This document shows, piece after piece, positions 1 through 17,096 of a stretch of DNA of 64,000 nt. The notes beneath the pieces are model-generated. The model did no database searches and was not told the DNA's origin. It saw only the letters and a program-made list of their open reading frames with translations. Position 1 is the first letter of the stretch. Each line of letters opens with the position of its first letter. This DNA is from the human T2T-CHM13v2.0 reference genome, Homo sapiens, in assembly GCF_009914755.1 (NCBI RefSeq), contig NC_060926.1, one strand, 5' to 3'. Position numbers and translations under genes: made by a program.

Positions 1-885
1 GGAGGCTGTGTGTGCGCGAGTGGCTGTGTGTGTGCTTCTTGCCATCTGCACGCTTATTAGACCTGTCACAATCAGCGAGACACCCTCTGTGCCAACCTAA
101 CGAAATTTCACCCACAGAGGCCCAGACAGGTTTCTGTTGAGGTCTTTACCTCTTCTGGGCCATAGGGAAAGGTAAGCAGTAGCAGGGCAGATTGCAGCAC
201 AGTGAGAAGATGAGTCGCACACATGCTGGCCCAGCAGCAAAAAGAGCGGCAGTGAAAATTCAAAGATCTGTCTGTCTTTATTCCACAGTCATACAGATAC
301 AAGTCTTTGGGCTGACTCCTGCAGTTGACTCTGTTCAAGTTCTCCACTGTAAATAATACATCAGCTCCCCTTTCCTCTGTGTTCCTCTCCATTTTCCTTG
401 CCACTATAGATCCTGTCAAAACCGCATGTCCTGGGTTTCCTGCAAGGCTTTCTTATAGAGTGAGTGATGGAATAGTTTAAACCACGTGGTGAATGAGGAT
501 GAGCTATTACCAACCCCTTACCTCATCTTTCTGCCACATCAGTGAATCTTTGTCAAAAGAATAAAGCCAGCTGGATTTTCCTCTCATCTTTGACGGGTAG
601 ATGGGTGGCTTTATCTAAGGGATCTGACAGTCACCTTTCTGGATCTTTCTCTTTCCATTAAACAACTCCTTTCACCAGCCCACTACCCTCAACTCCTCTC
701 CCTCCTTTTATTCTTATATTCGATTCCTTGAAAGGGATCTATATCTTTGCATTTCAAAAGCCTGCTTCTTTTATTGTTTGAAATGCCCCAAACTTTCTTT
801 GTTTCTCACCCAAATGCCAAGTGTAAAACTTAAAACTGCTACAATGATATGTCTTTGCTGGTTGTGTAAAGTGGTTTGATCTTCA

Positions 886-1335
<450 letters not shown>

Positions 1336-1705
1336 TTATCTAGAGGAGACTCTGACAGAGGGCAGCACAGGCAGAAGAAATAGAAGGATCTAAGGACAGA
1401 TGTCACTCCCCAGGTCCCCAATTTCAGACAACCAAATCTGAGAGCCACTTGCATTATCTCTGACAAAGACAGTCTTTCCTGTTAGGCTTAAGCTTAGAGG
1501 CATCAGTGAAAGGTAGAAGTGGGCAGGAGAGCTCAAAACCAAGAAGGAATAGAACTGTGATGGGGCCTCTCCAGTCTGGCTAGGACTTCAGCAGCAAGAG
1601 GAGCCAAGCATACCCCAGGAGTGGACCTGGGACAATCCAGTATAATCTCTAGTGACCGACAGCAGATTTTGTCATCAAGTCACTACCAGATATTGCACAT
1701 TGAGC

Positions 1706-1835
1706 AGGGTGGCTTTATGCCCCAGTTTGCTTGGGAAATTCCTGGTTTATTCTGATTTTTCTGGCATAATTATTATACTGCCTCATTTTACTTTCAAGAA
1801 ATTTCTATTTTAGACAATAAATTAGAGGCCACTCT
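1706..1835. mobile_element. Short hAT MITE (MER94-like)
   Basis: Inverted termini agggtggc...gccactct, 130 bp, body resembles the recalled MER94 consensus. Confidence 0.6.
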
Positions 1836-4800
1836 AATCAACAGGAGGACTTCTGGTGATGGTTCTAGAAGGAAGATTGCTTTTCTTAGATGAGTAAAAA
1901 TGTGGGTTTGCTATTTAAGTTGTTTTGTATGTGTGCTGAACTTGGGATACTCTGTTCATGTGGGGCATTATTCTAAGTAAACAATAGTCAAGATGCTTAT
2001 CCAAAGAAGAGACAATTTGGACAAATGAAGCCAGCTTTAAGTAACTAAGGAAGTAATTAGGTTGCGCATATCAGTCAATGACAGTCTTATCCTATCCACC
2101 CAACTGAAGATGTTTTACCCACTTTGCAGCTCATGGAAGCAGCCAGATAGCAGCACACTGTCTCTTTGAAGGGCAAGGGATTCCTGACACCAGACTCCAA
2201 TCATTCTTCCAACAACCTCCTCCTCTCACCCACATACCTACATGGGCCATGAAAGTAACATGAATGAGTGAAATGAGATAGGGTTGGGGGAAAAATAGCA
2301 TAAACACAATGACAACAATGAAACTGCTATTCAACCTTCATATTGAGGACACAGTAGGGAGTAGCGGGGCCCACACTGGACTAGCAAGGAATCAGCTCCA
2401 ACTCATCATTGCCAGTGCCAGTAAAGTGTTGCCAGAGTTTTCCAGCCTCAACAAAAGCATAAGTCCAGATGACGATGTGAAACCTCCTGGATTTTAACTG
2501 TTATCGATTAATTCAATCACCCCCACCACCAGCCCACCAAAACATTGGATGGGCTAAATAAACAGGTCTGCAGTCTGAATCCAGCCTGCTGCTTGCCAGC
2601 TTGCAACCTCTACTCCAGCCACCAGTGTTTCCATAAGTACTGAAGTTTTCCTGGTTTCCATCTTCTAATGTGGGAACAGATCTACCAAGCTAGGACAAAG
2701 GGTAAAGAGTACACCAGATTATATTAGGAGGGGCCTTAGACTCTAATGTAGTTCAATACTCCTCATTTTGTGATTGAGAAAAGTGGAGCCCAGAGAAATT
2801 GCACGAACTGCCTACAGCAAGATGAGTTCATTGGTAAACTGTGGGCTATAACATATCTGCATTACCCAACATTGCTCCCAAGTGACATCCCTCACTAGGT
2901 TTCACAGGACAAGTGAATCAGGGAGCTGAGGCATTTCTACGGTGGGATGGGGAGGCTGCTAAGCCCAGAAGTTTCTAGGTAATGAGCAAAACAATGAACA
3001 AAGACACTGTGACCAAGACTCTGGGCAATTTGCTGTGAGGAATACAAATAAATAAGGCCTGTTCCAGCTCTTCTAGAAAATGTAAGCTGGTGATTTGAAT
3101 AAAGCCTTGAGTGTTAAAAGATCTAGTCCTTCCTCTTGGGTTTCTGTTGAGTAATGTTGAGTCCTAGATAGAGGCGCTTCAGTCCACCTGAGAAATAGCT
3201 ACATTGCAACAGGAAAGTCGTTTTTGCAGCTCTGCACTGCACCTGTCTTCAGTTTCCCTCTCTAAGTGCTGTGCAAATGTTAATTAAACATAGATTATTT
3301 GAGAAGTGCTTTCAGCATTTGAACTCAACTGGGCTGCGTCAGATGATGATATTAATATCATTCCCCTGTTGGCAGAATGCTGTTTTTTAAAAGAAAAACT
3401 CTTTTCCTTTTACAGTTTTTGCCACACAGACAATTTATTTTGCCCATCCTCTGGCTATTTCACCTTTTGTGTCATCATTTTCATGAGACAAGTGAAAATA
3501 ATATTTCTCTTATGCTCCAAAGAGCCAAATCCCTTTTTCTAGCTTGATCCGAAGAAGGCCAGTTGGAGCAGTAATGGGAAAACGCCTGATGTACAGTCCA
3601 AGTGCAAATCCTCAGGGAGAAATAATGCATCTCTTTGGGGAAAAAAATAGCTTATACTTATGAGGTAGGAGATTTTCAATTTATAAAGGTTTCCTATTTC
3701 TTTCAATTGCCAGGATAACTGCATTCCAGAAAGGTTGGGCTTCTGCCATGTAAGGCAGAACTGCTCTCTTACATCTGGGATGTAGATTTAAAAATGATGA
3801 GTGACAAGCATCCCTCTCCATGCCCTGGACCACTGCCCTGGGGATTGTAAAGCAGATCAGATCAAAGGGTTAAAATCCATTACCCAGAGAGATGGAGAAG
3901 TTCCTCTCAGTGATTTCTTCCCCCATCACTGCTCTCAGGCCTGAATTCCAAATTGATTTCCTTAATAACTATTAAAGATCTTTTTAATTAAACCAGGCAT
4001 CCTCTTCCTTAGCAAACTTTTCTTGATGACATCTCTGGTTAATTAAAGGTTTAAGCTGCAAAGACATATTACATAAGAACAAGGGAAGCTGCTTTATGGT
4101 GTGCCGGTGAAGGATCCTGCTGATTCCTACTGCAGAAACCAAGGCCGTGCCAGAGAGCTGCTCTTGTTTTCCTTTACAGCATTTCCTTTCTTTTAGAGGC
4201 CCCAGAAAGTGTTAATAACAAAAATGGTTTGGTGAGTGGGGGTTCATTTTTCTGTTTCCTGAGGTTCAATTTCTCCTTTCATGCTTGCCTGATAAGTGTT
4301 CATCAAGTGTTTTTCATTAAAAACATCACTCATTTTTATCACGATTCACTGATGCTGACAAAACATTTTTACCTTTTCATCCAAAATTCCTGAGGTAGTT
4401 GATACATTTGGTAATGAAAGAACAACGAATAAAAACCTCTTTTCACCCATCAATAATATGCAGCCACCTCTGTAACAGAATATACCAAATTCTAACAAGA
4501 AGGAAAAATCATATTTTTATATATATATGATTTTGTGCATACATATATGACTTTGTGCATATATGTATATATATATATGTTGTTGTCATTGTTGTAAATT
4601 GCCCTAATTCCTTTTCTTTTTCCTAAAACCTTTTTCTTTTTCCTGGTTCATTTTTTTTCTACCAGGACCCGTATTTTAAAATGGTAGAACAGAGTATGGT
4701 GTAGAGAATGTAACTATGGAATGGAACTTTTCTCCATGAAAAGCTAAATATCTCTTAAATTGGGAACCAAACCCATGACCTTGACTTTGTTGTCATCATA

Positions 4801-5319
4801 GTTTAAAACACTGGGTCTCAAACCTAGATATACATTAGAATTATCTCTTGTTATTGCTAAGAGTCACATGCCACTGCCTCACCCTAAGCCTGCTGAAATT
4901 TTATGGATGATGTCTCTAGGCACCCAAGTTTGGGAACCACTGATCTAATCAATACCTTCAAGTCCAATCAGTTCCACCTGTAGGCCTCCCTGGAAATGGG
5001 AAAGATGGCGTACCGTTTCAATATTTCAGTGCAACAGACAAATCAGACTGTCAAAACAAAGCAAAGGAAAATAGAACCTTACCAGTATTGCAGAGGAAAA
5101 GCGGCTCCAATTCTGATGAGACATCAAGGAGGAAATTTAAAAGATTTTCTCTTATTTTCTTCTTAAACTGGAACCAGGAGCATAGATAATCCCATGTCAT
5201 AATTAGTCACATGGAGAGTCCACTCACAGACTGTCACTGGTCACGTGTTCTATAGCTCTACATCAGTGGTTCTCAAAACAGAGAGAATCAGTATCACTGG
5301 AAGAATTTATTTTACAGGC

Positions 5320-5650
5320 CACTTTATTATAAAAATTTTCAAACATATGGAAAAATAGAACAATAGTATATTCGACACCCACACATGTAATATACCTAGA
5401 TTCAAAAACAGTTAATGTTTTGCCATATATATGTACGTGCCCACATATGCATGGGTTTATAATTGCTGAACCACTGAAAGGTAAATTACAGATGTCATAA
5501 TATATAACACTTAAATAATAACCCTAAACAACCCAGAAGTACTTCAGCATGCATTCCCCAAATTAATAACATCTACCAACATAACCACAGCACCATTATC
5601 ACACCTAAATGAATGTAAAATAATGTCCTATTATCATATAACACCAATTT
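5320..5650 (-). mobile_element. Old L1M (L1MB-like) 3' fragment inside a MER5-like element
   Basis: ttttcaaacata...aaatagaa and ataaccaca..accattatcacacct motifs; cagtggttctcaaa terminus just upstream. Confidence 0.5.
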
Positions 5651-6909
5651 TTAAGAAACTTAAAAAGAGAAAAAAATAAAAAATAAAACAGCAAAGTTTC
5701 CAGGGCCAGATTCCTAAAATCTTACATGCAGTTAGGTGATGCTTCACAAAATGCTACTGTACATGACTAACTAATGAAGAATGCTTGTCTTTCCAGTAAC
5801 TGAAAAGAAGTTCATTTTTTTTTGTACTTGAAAATTGCTTGGCTATTTACGTGGTACTTAACAGTCACAATTTTATTGGATGCTCTTAGCGATGCTACCC
5901 TAAGGGAGATAGAGTGATGATAAAACTGGGCTCCAGGGTTATTGAGACCAGCCCAGGTTTTCCAGGTAGCTAACAGTGGCGGCTGGATTCCAACACTGGC
6001 GTAATGGAAGCAACACTAGGCTGGGAGTCTGAAACCGGAATTCTGGTTTTCTCTGTGCTCCTAACTCTGCCTATGTGATTTGGGGCATTGGAGCAAACCT
6101 CTCTGGACTTTCATGTCTTCTTCTGACAAGTGAAGAACTAAATCAATGGTCTCCAAGAGACTTTCTATTTGGATCTTTCTTTCATTCAATACATTTCTGA
6201 CTTCTTTACTAAAACTCTGCATTCATCTCAATTTGGCCCCGTAGCAAATTTATACAGGGGCTTATTGAGTCATAAAGGAAATACCCAACATTAGAATATT
6301 GGTGAGAAAGACATGAATTTGACAAAAGTCTTACCACTTGCTATGGCCAAGTACAGCAGAATGCTGAGCGTCTGCCTGTGATGCATGCTGTCTTAAGGCA
6401 GCTCATTAGAGAAAAGAGTGAGTCCCTACAGAGATACAGGAGCCCAGGTCTCCTCTTCCTCACTCCTTTAAAAGAAAACTGCAAAAATGGAAGAGCACAT
6501 CCCTGGCAAAGTCAACAACTCCTAAATGTAAAGGATAAGTTCCATTAACTACTCCCATTTCATTTCACAGGTGATCCCTGCTTCCCCAGCCCTCCCTGTA
6601 TTACAAGAGTTCAGTGTTTCCCCAAACCTTTACCAGGTCCATTTACATCTCCCAGCACTGGTCCACCACAGACCCAGGGGCTGGTGGGTGAGGACCAGAG
6701 CTATTTAAAATTCTTCACTGGGGGAGACTTTCATTTCAGATGTATTGTGTGAATTTTTTTACAACCAGAACATAGTCAGGCATTCCTTTGTGATTAAAAA
6801 TAAATAATTAAAACCCTTGACAGCTGATGGGCTTTTCTTTGGACTCTCAAAGACAAAGTAATCTCCAGGGTGCAGCAAATGACACTGCAGTTTTCACTAG
6901 TGTGTTGGA

Positions 6910-6964
6910 TGTGTGTGTGTGTGACAGAGAGACACACACACACACACGCAGAGAGAGAGAGAGA
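6910..6964. repeat. Compound (TG)n/(CA)n/(GA)n microsatellite
   Basis: Direct reading. Confidence 0.9.
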
Positions 6965-8732
6965 ATTCGGGGCAGAGAGGTGGTATGAGATCCCATTTAT
7001 AGAAACTGAATGGAAATGGCCCATTGATGCTAATACAACAACAATAATAATGTTTAAGCCCTTAGATTTAGATCATGGGTACACTAAGAGGCAATATGAA
7101 AACTAAGGTTAGAAAATCATGGTAGAAACTGGGCCAGTAGTGGAAGGTGTGAGAGAAAGATGTAAAGAACCAACTGTCCTACTTCATATTATCTCTCTCT
7201 CTCCTTTCTCTATGTATCTCTCCTTTCTCCTGGCCTCCCATGACCTCTTTTATAATATCGTCTCTCCCTACCAGACATCGAACCCCCTCATAACTTCACT
7301 CATGACACGCCCCTGCCACAGGTTCTCTGAAAAAATAATGGTGCTCATTGAACAGGTTCTTTCTTCAAAAGTCCTCTTTTCTCATTAGGAAGTTCACCAT
7401 CACCAGCTGACTGTCTTTGTCCTTTAGGGATAGAATTTGCCAGCAGTCAAGGTGACCACCTGAGACAAAGCCCAGCAGTGACAGAGGGGAGTTAAGATCC
7501 AGAGCTTTCTCTCCACAAAGGAGTCACACTCCCTAGGAAGGAACCCTCATCATGGAGAGCAGATCAGGTTGTGACCTTACAGATCACCTGGCTGATGCCC
7601 TGATTCTCCAGCCTGCCCTCAGGAGGTCTCTGGTTGGTCTGGCTTCAGTGACATCTCCCCACTCCCACGCAGGATCAGCTGAGATGGTCACTGTCCCTCA
7701 AAACAATGGAGCTGGAAAGGACATGTTTAAAAACCTCAGGACTGAATAAAAGGCATTCAGAACGATGAAGGTAAAGAGGCGCCAGGCAACGCCAGACAAA
7801 AAGGCGGTGCTGAACACAGTGTGGAGTCAGCTCAGCTCATAAGGGCTGGAGTCAGAGGCTAGAGTTCTGATCCCAACTCTGCTATCAACTGACAGCAGAC
7901 TTTTGCCAAACGACTGAATCTTTCTGGCCCCAGTTTCCCCAGTTTGGAGTTGGCCAGAGAGACCTCATTTTCTACCCTGGGATTTGCTACTTATTAATTG
8001 TGTGACTTGAACATATTATGTAACCTTTCTAGTCTCAGTTTCATCATCTGGTATTAAGAGTATCTTTTTGCAGGGTTGTTGTCAGCCTTTAGAGATAATG
8101 TATACAAAGCACCTGGTACCGAAGGTAATCAATATACTAGTCATCCATTACTGTTGCTCAGGACTATGTGATGAAGATGAAGCTATCACTTGCAGGGCAA
8201 CCATCATGTCTTTTGCACCTTTATAGCCTCACATCTTAGTGACAATGTTGGGCATATTGAAAATGCTCAACACTATGGTTTTTCAATAAGGTCTTAAAAA
8301 GTGAGCATCGCCTTCTACTTTGGCACCCCTGCAAGAGGAAATATGAAGTGGGCTCTGGAAATAGAGTACCAACCCCACCCCTCACTGACTATGTCACTGC
8401 TGCAGCTCTGGTGGGCATGTGACTTTTGTTTGGCTGCCTCTATCTGAGCCACTTTCTATCTTGGGGGAATTCCCCCACTTTGATGAGAGACTGAAACAGC
8501 CTTTGCCAACAGAGTTGAAAAATACCAGCTACTTCGTTTCCTAGCCTCCCTTGCAGCTAAAGCCCGGATTTACACTCTGCCAATCAAGCCTCCGCACCAA
8601 ACTTTTTACCTTAGAGCTGGTGAGACAAAAGAGAAGTGAGACTAGTGACAGAGTAAAGGTCTAATTCCTGGTGCAAAAGAAGCACAGTGCTGGCAGCAAG
8701 AGCAGAAGCAGTCCAGTGGAGTTCCTGAATAG

Positions 8733-9222
<490 letters not shown>

Positions 9223-10149
9223 GCAAAATCAGCATTTTTTTTTTTTTATTCATCAAGGTACCGAATCTCTCTGAAGCTCAGTTTCCTCATCTTTAGAAAG
9301 GGGTAAATTCTTTGGGCATAGGAGATAACGTATGTCAAGTGTCTGGCACCAGGGTACTCAATACATATTATTTCCCTTGAACGCAAGCGCAGCAGCAGTC
9401 AGAACCCTCAGCTACACTGCTGCATATATTCCTTGCTGACATTTGAGTACTTGTGTGCCTCAAGGATCCATGTAATTCTAAAGAGTTCCCATTTTATTGG
9501 TTGGTTTTTTAGCTATAGTGAGATCAGAAGGCCAGAAAGAGATCAGACCCCAGGTTTACATGTAGAATCATTCAGAAACATCAAGGAGTAATCTGTATAA
9601 ACTGAATCCAAGAGGGGGACCAGCTCTGGCCCTCAATTCAAAAAATCACAGCTCACATCTCCACGTTTCCCTGAACCCTCCAGCCAAAACGGAATGACCC
9701 TGGCACAAATAAACGCTCTTTTAATGCTTTCAAGAATATAATTCTTTACAGTTTCGAGATTTGCTAACACTGGCATAAGAAACAGCTGCAGAGTTATTAT
9801 CTCTTGGCATCTCTTTAGCTCCCAGACTGGGTTTTGCCCTTGTGAAGGCCCCTGTGCTTCAAGGACATTGCCATCAGGTGGTGGTGAAGAGCCACACTCT
9901 CTGACTAGGGAGCCCGGGCCGGAATTCTAGGTAGCTCATAGCTAACTGCTGTAGACTCACCTTCTGGGTTTAGAAATGGAATCTGTTAGCTGCAAAAAAG
10001 GAAAAACCCTCAAATTTATGCTAAAAGAGACAATTCATTAGATGTATGACAGAGTATCTTATAGTACCCAAGGGTGGTAGGATGGCCAGATCTTGAGATT
10101 CCCGTCTCCATTTCTCTAGGACTACGTGAAGCTTGTCCCTGATCCTCTC

Positions 10150-10494
10150 AGCCACCCACTTCGCTCTTTCCCCTGGATGTCCACATGGATTACTCTCCTC
10201 TTTCACCTTCCTGCCCTCTGTATCTGAAATAGCAGCTTCTCAATCTCCTCAATCTCTATTGCCTTAGCAGCTTTATTTTCCTTCATAGCACTTATTACTG
10301 CCTGACATATAATATGTTTATTTATTTCTTGTCTCTCCTTTGCCTCACTGGCATGTAAATTCCATGAGGAAAGGAACTTTGTTCTATTCACTGTTGTATC
10401 ATCTGCGCCCAGAAGAGGGTATAGCTTACAGAAGGGACTCAGTAAAACTTTTGAATAAGGAATAATGAATGAATGAATGAATGAACGAATGAAT
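10150..10494 (+). mobile_element. LINE-2 3' end
   Basis: tgtaaattccatgaggaaaggaac...ttcactgttgtatc motif ending in an (AATG)n tail. Confidence 0.75.
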
Positions 10495-12745
10495 TCTCCT
10501 TCTCTCTAGTCCTGTTCTCTGTTTCTGGGTTCTCATGAAAAAAAAAAAAAAAAACAAAAACAACAAAACAGCGCATAACACCAAGTCACTGTGACTTCCT
10601 TTCTCATCTTATCCAAGCTTTCAATACTAACTAATTTACTTTCTTAGAGTAAAATCTTGAAGACAGAAAGTATCTGATTAGCTTAGTGCAGCCTACAAAA
10701 GAGTTCCTTTGGAGTGCACCAGAAAGCTTATGTTTCAGGAATAGGGCTCAAAGCACTTTTTTGTGCTTTGACAGCCAGGACTGTGGGAAAAAATAATTTG
10801 CATCCTTAAGTAAAAAACCATTATGTACTTTTTTGTATAAAATAAACTTAAGAAACCATCAATAATCTTTGTAGAACTTGGACAATCACAAATTATTTTT
10901 GTTATAACACACATATACACACAATTAAACCAAAAAAATTACACAAAACATACATGTCTGTGTCTTTCTTCCTGAATTCCCAACTGTTTTCATCAAAGCC
11001 CTTCTAAGTGGATCTTTTCAGGATCCCTGATTAGAAGACTAGCCTCTACATGGGGTCTGAACCCTGACTCTGCAATTGAACCTCACCTGTGATTGACTCT
11101 TGATACTGTGGTTTCCTTTTCTCCAAAGGCAGCATTCCAATATTTAGCTGTTGGTCTTCTGGTTGATTATGAGATGAACTATTTTCATCCATCACTGCCC
11201 CCACACCCATTATCTGTGTTTTTTTCCAGTGAGCTTTAAACTGAGACAAAGCTTCTACTTGGCTGTAAAACTCTGCGTTTCTCTTTGACCCATTCCTCAC
11301 CAAGAAGCAAATTATTCTAATCAGTTTTCTCTTCCGTTAAGCTAAGGTTGGGTGCAATCACTGTTGCATTAATTAATTAACAGACTCTTGGTCTGGTTGC
11401 CCTGGCAATGCCCACCAAAGCAGCAGAACCTTTCCAACAGGAGAGCACATCAAGCAGTCAATGAACTGTTTTCTTCACATGTAGAAGCCAAGCGCACAGA
11501 GCACCTGCTACAGAAATGGGCTCCCAGGGGATGCTCAGGAAACACTTGCTGAGCAACATGTAGGCCAGTGATGTGGGTGCTGAGTCTGCAGCCTTGAACA
11601 TCGGAAGGCGTTTAGAGCTGGTGGCTGACACTGTCCAAGGGGAATAGGAGCCAGTGTGATTTTACAAGAGCCTCAGTGTGGTACCAATCCCTTACAAATC
11701 ATCTAGAAAAGCACGGAAAGAGGGCCTACAAGCCCTTAGGTAAGGCCAGGCTGCCATGGGGAGGAAAACCAAACCAATTCATTTCCTGGTCATTTCCACT
11801 ACCACTTCCCAAGGTCACAAAGAAGAGTCTCCACTTGGGACCTTGGTGTTGGGGGCTCCACCATAGCATTGTTCCTCTGTTGCAGGGCATTAGCCTGACT
11901 CACACTAGGTCAGATGTCCAATCAGGAGAATCTCCCTGAGTCAAGTGTCAGAAATAGAGAATGCCACTGTATACATACACACAAGAACTAACTTTCAGCT
12001 TACTTACAGATGAGCGCGATATTTCCAGCTCATTTCTTCCAAGGCTGTGTTCTTGGTTCCTTTGGGAAAGTTGGGTCTTCTCAGGCACATCCCCAATTCA
12101 TGTTAAAATGGTTTGCCCCATTGCATGTTCAACCACCAATTGCTTCTCAAATTTCTTTTGCATGTAGAGAACAGAGAGAGATACACTTAAGCTAAGCTAG
12201 CCCACTTAAAGGAGAGTTTATTGAACAGATACAGAACTCAGTTACTTGACCCAGCCAGGCAGGCCTCTTGGAAACAGAATCCAAGAAACTGGCAGGCACA
12301 GGGCCCAAGCTGCTGTTCTGCCTGATGCAAACAGTCCTGCATCTCTGCCTCTCTCTGACCTGGGCTATCTTCTCTCTGCAGATCTGCTTCCTCACCCCTC
12401 GTTTCTGCTCCCATAACTTCAGCTTGGGCTTGCCTTAGAGCCAATTCTGGCCCCATTTCTATATACACCTTAGGCTCAGGTTCTGATAAATAACTCTCCT
12501 AGTTCCTCGCTATTCCGATTTCAGATTTTAAGAGAAGAATCTGGGTGGCTCACTTCTGCTCAGGAAACTGCTCTAGACCAGGCAATCGCATGAGAAATAA
12601 GGGACAAGAGCACATTGCCGTTATGACTGCCTTGGACAATCTCCTTAATTGGGGCTGCCGGCAATTGCCTGAGAAGGAAGCTTGGTTGTAGGCTCAAGAA
12701 CCCCTACCTATGTCAATGGCAGCTTCTGGGATTAGAATCTCTTGA

Positions 12746-13054
12746 TTTTTTTTTTTTTTTTTTTTTTTTTTGAGATGGAGTTTCACTCCTGTTGCCCAGG
12801 CTAGAGTGCAATGGTGCGATCTGGGCTCACTGCAACCTCCGCCTCCCAGGTTCAAGCTAATCTCATGCCTCAGCCTCCTGAGTAGCTGGGATTACAGGCA
12901 TGCACCACCACGCTTGGCTAATTTTTGTATTATTAGTACAGACAGGGTTTCTCCATGTTGGTCAGGCTGGTCTCGAACTCCCGACCTCAGGTGATCAGCC
13001 CACCTCAGCCTCCCAAAGTGCTAGGATTACAGGTGTGAGCCACCACGCCCAGCC
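12746..13054 (-). mobile_element. Alu (AluSp-like)
   Basis: Reverse Alu with long poly(T); TSD tctcttga. Confidence 0.95.
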
Positions 13055-13674
13055 ATTCTCTTGACCCTTTTTATTTCCTGTAGTCTCTGGGTACTGCTGC
13101 CCTTCATTCAATCCTTCTTGTTCCGTGTTTTCTTTTCACCTTTTGAACATCCTTTTCCAGAATGTGTTCTTTATTTTCCCATCACCTCCCCCCTCCAATC
13201 CAGATCTACTTACGTTCTACTGTTAGATTTCAGTGTTGAATGGAGGGTATGTGATCTCAATTGAGAAACTCTACATCTCTCACCCCATCCTTTCCTCCAC
13301 ATTCCACTTACCTAATCACAGCAGTCACCATCTCGCTCTCTGAAACACTGTGTCTTCAAAATTCTCATCGACATAGTACTCTAGAGCCATCTGTTTCCTG
13401 AAGTCTGTTCCAGAAGTCATTTTTCAGCAAAATTTACTTTCTTAGAATATTTTAGGACCTAAATTTAAGGAAGATAGTTGTATTGCAATTGATCAGTATA
13501 GTTCCTGAGTCCAAGTTAAGCCATGAACTAGTGTTCACAAAATTTTCAATTCTGACTTATTAACTAGAGACCAGTTGCCTAATTCTGATTCCCAGGACAT
13601 AATGAAACCAGATGCTTTCTGAGTGGGTCCAAAATGAGAGCCCCAACTCAAAGTAAAAACTGCGCATTCTTTAT

Positions 13675-14900
<1,226 letters not shown>

Positions 14901-15594
14901 ATAGAGAAACTGGTTGAAGCAGAGGGCAGTGTTAGCTTTAACTGGGGAAGGCTTCATAGAGAACATGGCATTTGAACTGAGACTTGCTGAAAGATAGACT
15001 TGGACATGCTGGAATGCAGGGAGGGAATGGGAGTTTTGAACTTCCCTTGGGAATATGTGTGAAGGTTCAGATGATAGGCTGTTGCAGTAGTGTACTTTAT
15101 ACATAGCCCTCTAATTGCCATGAGGGGTAAAACTTGAAAAAATACATCAGGTAATACTGAAAGTGTACAGAGGTACTCATTTGGTATCTGCCAATGTGTG
15201 TTGGTTACCTCTTTTGCCACAGGCATTGTGAGTACACACAAGTTGACACCACACAGGCCATGCCCTAAAAATGCTTATGGTCCAAGCTCATTGCTTTCGC
15301 AGCCCATGAAACAGTCTCTAAAAGCAGAATTTGAAAACCACTAGCATCAATGACACCTAGGAAGCTTGTTCAAAGTACAGATTCCCCGACTTCTCCCAAG
15401 ACCAACTGAATGTGGCTCTGTAGACCAAAGGCCCAGAGTCTTCCTTTAAAGAAAACTCATAGGGGGTGCACATGCCTCCTCAAGCTTGAAAACGAGAGTG
15501 ACAGAGAAAGAAACAAGTATTTTAAGAACAACCATGTTCAATATGTGACATTTACATATTATTTTAATTCTCCCAATGATATACCATATTTATA

Positions 15595-15918
15595 GTATTA
15601 TTATCATTATTATTATTATTATTATTATTATTTTGAGACAGGGTGTCAATCTGTTGCCCAGGCTGAAGCTCAATAATACAATCATGGGTCACTGCAGCCT
15701 CTATCTTCTGGACTTGAGCCATCCTACTGCCTCAGCCACTCAAGTAGCTGAGACTACAGCCACATGCCACCATGCCTGGCTAAGATTTTTTTATTTTTAG
15801 TAGAGACAAGGTATTGCTATGTTGCCCAGGATGGTCTCAAACTCCTGAACTCAGATGATTCTCCCACTTCAGTCTCCCAAAGTGCTGGGATTACAGGTGT
15901 GAAGCACCATACCCTGCC
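15595..15918 (-). mobile_element. AluJ with (ATT)n tail
   Basis: Diverged reverse Alu; tail converted to a trinucleotide repeat. Confidence 0.88.
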
Positions 15919-17096
15919 TCATGATTATGTTATTATTTTTATTTGACAGATCAGAAAACCTTGATACAGAGAAGTTAAGGGATTTACCTAATGATATAGC
16001 TCAAATATTTTAGAGATTTTGAAGGTAAGATCTCCTCTCTCACAAAAACAACTGAGAGCAGACCACTATCCTTTAGTTCACCGAGAGAACAACATTGGTC
16101 CACATGATGAAAATGTCCCCAGGGAGATCTATTTGGATTTCCCCAACACAAATAATTAGGTATGGTTTCTATGATTGTCTCTAGAACAAGGGAAAAGGAA
16201 AGGAGAGATGGAGCAGAAAGAAGAGGAGGAACTGACTTTCAGACTGGGCAACTGAGCCAGGTGGAACTGAAAGTCACCAGAAGAGTCACACAGGAAATTT
16301 ACATGGGATCACATGGCAAAGTCATTGATTTGCAAGGGGAACCGCCCCTCTAGCACAGAGACTCACCTGGAATTTAGTGGGCTTGAATCACAGACCCAAC
16401 AAAGCCACTTCTAACAGGGAGATACAGCAAGCAAAACCATCAACACCCTTTCTTCCTCCTCCACTGCCATTTAAATATAAACTTCTAGGTCAGGCGCTCC
16501 CTGGTTTTTCCTGGATTGCAGACCATACCCAGCAAAGCAGGCACAAACCCAGAGAACCAAATCCGCAATTAAGCCATTGGGAGTTATGTGGAGAGGATTG
16601 CCAGGTAGAATAAACAGGCCCCAGGACTGGAACAGATGAGAGCGGAGGTTTAATTCCGTTGTGCCGGGGAAGATTGGCAAGCAAGTCCCAACTGAAGTAG
16701 ATCATTGCAGTGGAGGTAAAATATTTCATAGGATATTTTCAGAGGGAAGTGCATGCAGGGGAAACCATTCCAAATTTTTTTTTAAAAAAATCTTTGCATT
16801 AACAAACTAGGTAGGAGCATGTGGGTAATTGATGCATATGCATGAGAGCATAATTAAGAACTATAAGACCTGGAAGATTTTCAAGCTCTATGGCAATTAT
16901 AAACCATGAAAAAATACCCTTCCTTGGGGTTTAGGGCTATTATTCAAGCATCTCCTCTCATTATGATAGCTGGAACTTACATAGTACTGTGTAGAAATGG
17001 AATAAACAAACAGAGAGCTGTCATAAACTAATAATGATTCCTGGCTTTGTGCTTTTCTAAGACTCTTCTCACACATTATCTTATTTGATCTCTATA

